The notes beneath the pieces were generated by a model. It made no database searches and was not told where the DNA came from. It worked only from the letters and a program-made list of their open reading frames with translations. Below, one piece after another: positions 30,255 to 32,000 of a DNA stretch of 32,000 nt. Origin of the DNA: Candidatus Saccharimonadota bacterium (lineage in GTDB: Bacteria; Patescibacteriota; Saccharimonadia; Saccharimonadales; Saccharimonadaceae). The number at the start of each line of letters is the position of its first letter. Position 1 is the first letter of the stretch. The stretch spans positions 120,001-152,000 of the forward strand of contig NZ_CP045921.1 in NCBI RefSeq assembly GCF_025273655.1. Direction: 5' to 3'. The position numbers and the translations under genes are program-made.

Positions 30255-31124
30255 TTATAGAGAGTTGTAGATCAGATTTGCTATAGCGCTGCTGCCGAGA
30301 GGGGTGGGGTGGCGTGTCTGATATAGCGAAGCGGGGGCGTCGCCATTGAACCAGCGCTCAGAACCGCTACAGACATCGTGGCCGTTTTGGGCTGGCGTGT
30401 CGACATCGACAAAAGTTACACCTTGATTATCTGCGGCAGTCTTGAGCGTGCCATTGAACTGAGCGAAGAAACCGGTAACAATGGGTCCGTCGGCATTGCT
30501 ATAGCCTGCCTGGAACGCACATCCAGTGGAGTCGTAGAGTCCGCCATGACCAACAAGTACTACTTGTGCAGTCGGTGCACGATTTTTTACTACCTGTAAG
30601 ACTTCTTCTACTTTTGGCTGTAATCCAGCCAACGCAGTAGCGATTGATGGTTGTAGATTTTGATCATCTCGGCACTTGCGGTCTATGCCGGGTATCATGC
30701 TGATACATTTGTCCACGAATTGCGACCAACCGATGTCGTTTCCGCCGATAGAAACTGTGACAAGGTTGGTGTCACTCGTAACGGCGTCAATCTGTACTGG
30801 CACCGAGGCGAGCAGTGTTCGCTGTGGTGAGCTGAGGATATTTTCTGTTTTTGCTGCGGTGCACGATTTGTCTATCAAAGTGGCGCCAAGGCGTCCGGCG
30901 AGGACTTTGGGGTACGATGACGAGGTTTGTCCGCAACCATTGCCTGTGAGTACTGATGTGTACGTAGGTGCGGCTGCTCGGGAATCTCCAAGTGCAACAT
31001 ACCTCACCGGCGCTTGGGGTGGGGCTGCAAACAGAGTGTGTGCAGCGAGTAGCGAAACCAGGCTTGCGATCCCGAGCACAAGTGCAATGAATAGATTGGT
31101 ACGATAACGATATCTAGTATTCAT
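30255..31124 (-). CDS. Secreted SGNH/GDSL-family hydrolase (lipase/esterase)
   Basis: 289 aa. Signal peptide ...HTLFA/APP. Block I YVALGDS, block III SIGGNDIG, block V region HPT. Strong SD AGAGGAGG. Confidence 0.85.
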   Translation of the reverse strand: MNTRYRYRTNLFIALVLGIASLVSLLAAHTLFAAPPQAPVRYVALGDSRAAAPTYTSVLTGNGCGQTSSSYPKVLAGRLGATLIDKSCTAAKTENILSSPQRTLLASVPVQIDAVTSDTNLVTVSIGGNDIGWSQFVDKCISMIPGIDRKCRDDQNLQPSIATALAGLQPKVEEVLQVVKNRAPTAQVVLVGHGGLYDSTGCAFQAGYSNADGPIVTGFFAQFNGTLKTAADNQGVTFVDVDTPAQNGHDVCSGSERWFNGDAPASLYQTRHPTPLGSSAIANLIYNSL

Positions 31125-31305
31125 GGGACCTCCTCTACGTAGTACTTACTATCTATTGTACGCGAATTAGCGCAGTTGAATAAAAGAATCTTCAAAAGCC
31201 TCGAGACTGGATTTTTCCACAGGTCTAGTGTATAATTACTAGTGTTATTAACTCGGCCTGTACAGTGATACAAGCATCCAATAGGATTCCAGAGGAGGAA
31301 ATCTA

Positions 31306-31659
31306 GTGAAAGAATACGAATTAACCGTACTCATTCACCCCGACCTCGAGGCAGATATCGAGAAGCCACTTGCGAAAGTGCGCGATATCGTCAAGAGTGC
31401 CGGTGGTGAAATTACCAAAGAAGATAACTGGGGCAAGAAGAAGCTTGCGTACAGTATCAAGCGTGAAGATTTCGCAGTGTATGTCTACATGGACGTCAAG
31501 CTGCCAGCCGATGCGCCTTTGAAGATCAGCAACACGCTCAACATCACCGAGGAAGTACTACGCTACCTACTGGTAACTGTCGACGAGAAGGGTCGCGCGC
31601 TCATCGCTGAAGACAAGAAGCGTGCTGCCGATCAGGGTGAAGACGTAGAAGAGAAGTAG
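31306..31659 (+). CDS. rpsF: 30S ribosomal protein S6
   Basis: 117 aa. MKEYELTVLIHPDLE...WGKKKLAYSIK signature and acidic C-terminus. GTG start after GAGGAGG. TGTATAAT box at 31229-31236. Confidence 0.95.
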   Translation: MKEYELTVLIHPDLEADIEKPLAKVRDIVKSAGGEITKEDNWGKKKLAYSIKREDFAVYVYMDVKLPADAPLKISNTLNITEEVLRYLLVTVDEKGRALIAEDKKRAADQGEDVEEK

Positions 31660-31690
31660 TTAGGAATATAGGGAGTAAGGGAGTTAGACT

Positions 31691-32000
31691 ATGGCACGAG
31701 GAATCAATCAAGTAATACTGATGGGACGTCTTACGCGAGACCCAGAAGTTCGCACTACCGGTAGCGGCAAGAGTGTTACCAGCTTCAGCTTGGCAGTCGA
31801 CCGCGGCGGCCAAGATGATCAAGCAGACTTCTTCGATGTGACTGCATGGGAGAAGACCGGTGAACTGGTCGCGCAGTATCTGAGTAAGGGTCGTCGCTGC
31901 CTTGTGCAGGGGCGCTTGCGCCAGGACAGCTGGGACGACAAAGATACCGGCAAGAAGCGTACTCGCGTGGAAGTTGTTGCGTTTGACGTGACCTTCCTCG
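31691..32000 (+). CDS. ssb: Single-stranded DNA-binding protein (5' part; continues past the window end)
   Basis: My own translation from ATG 31691 gives MARGINQVILMGRLTRDPEVRTTGSGKSVTSFSLAVDR...FFDVTAWEKTGE...GRLRQDSW, an OB-fold SSB signature. SD AAGGGAG. rpsF-ssb is a conserved gene pair. Confidence 0.9.
   Translation, partial: MARGINQVILMGRLTRDPEVRTTGSGKSVTSFSLAVDRGGQDDQADFFDVTAWEKTGELVAQYLSKGRRCLVQGRLRQDSWDDKDTGKKRTRVEVVAFDVTFL

Noticed and set aside
1-32000. Search for tRNA, rRNA, CRISPR arrays, transposases, integrases, or DGR template/variable repeat pairs
   Set aside because: No intergenic region is long enough or cloverleaf-like for a tRNA. No repeat-spacer arrays, no recombinase or reverse-transcriptase motifs, and no near-identical ~100-bp repeat pairs were seen. 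The only repeats are the diverged paralogous genes at 861-2749.

Overview
This is a gene-dense bacterial chromosomal window with about 33 protein-coding genes. I found no rRNA, tRNA, CRISPR array, transposase or integrase.

**Housekeeping backbone:** mutM, holA, rpsT, truB, rpsO, pnp, RNase J, ftsK, rpsF and the 5' part of ssb. It also carries a HAD hydrolase, a PIG-L deacetylase, a family-4-type uracil-DNA glycosylase, an ASCH protein and an orphan cytoplasmic histidine kinase.

**Envelope and surface genes:**
- A membrane-anchored GH16 glucanase.
- A type IV pilin fused to a CBM-like lectin domain.
- An LCP ligase translationally coupled to a CHAP hydrolase.
- An ABC-2 exporter, a lipoprotein, a PQ-loop/SemiSWEET-like protein and a secreted SGNH hydrolase.

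**Most unusual elements:**
1. A five-gene secreted-protein locus (792-4485). It has three tandem, anciently diverged paralogs of a Thr/Ser/Ala/Asn-rich beta-type surface subunit, a signal-peptide plus C-terminal-anchor protein resembling DUF916/DUF3324 partners of WxL proteins, and an Ig-like membrane protein. I read this as a WxL/Csc-like, or chaperone-usher-analogous, surface-fibre or adhesion system in a non-Firmicute-looking context.
2. A block of about 6.5 kb of envelope and unknown genes sits between rpsO and pnp, which are usually adjacent.
3. TATACT-type -10 hexamers lie 6-10 nt upstream of twelve start codons, implying leaderless or near-leaderless mRNAs. One case is a perfectly palindromic AGTATACT shared by two divergent genes whose start codons are only 22 bp apart.
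4. Several RNA-metabolism proteins carry long low-complexity tails: RNase J, S20 and a catalytically degenerate DHH/NrnA-like protein.

The gene content is compatible with a reduced-genome monoderm lineage such as Patescibacteria/Saccharibacteria. That taxonomic guess is inference only. All domain calls come from motif recognition by eye, and no database search was run.
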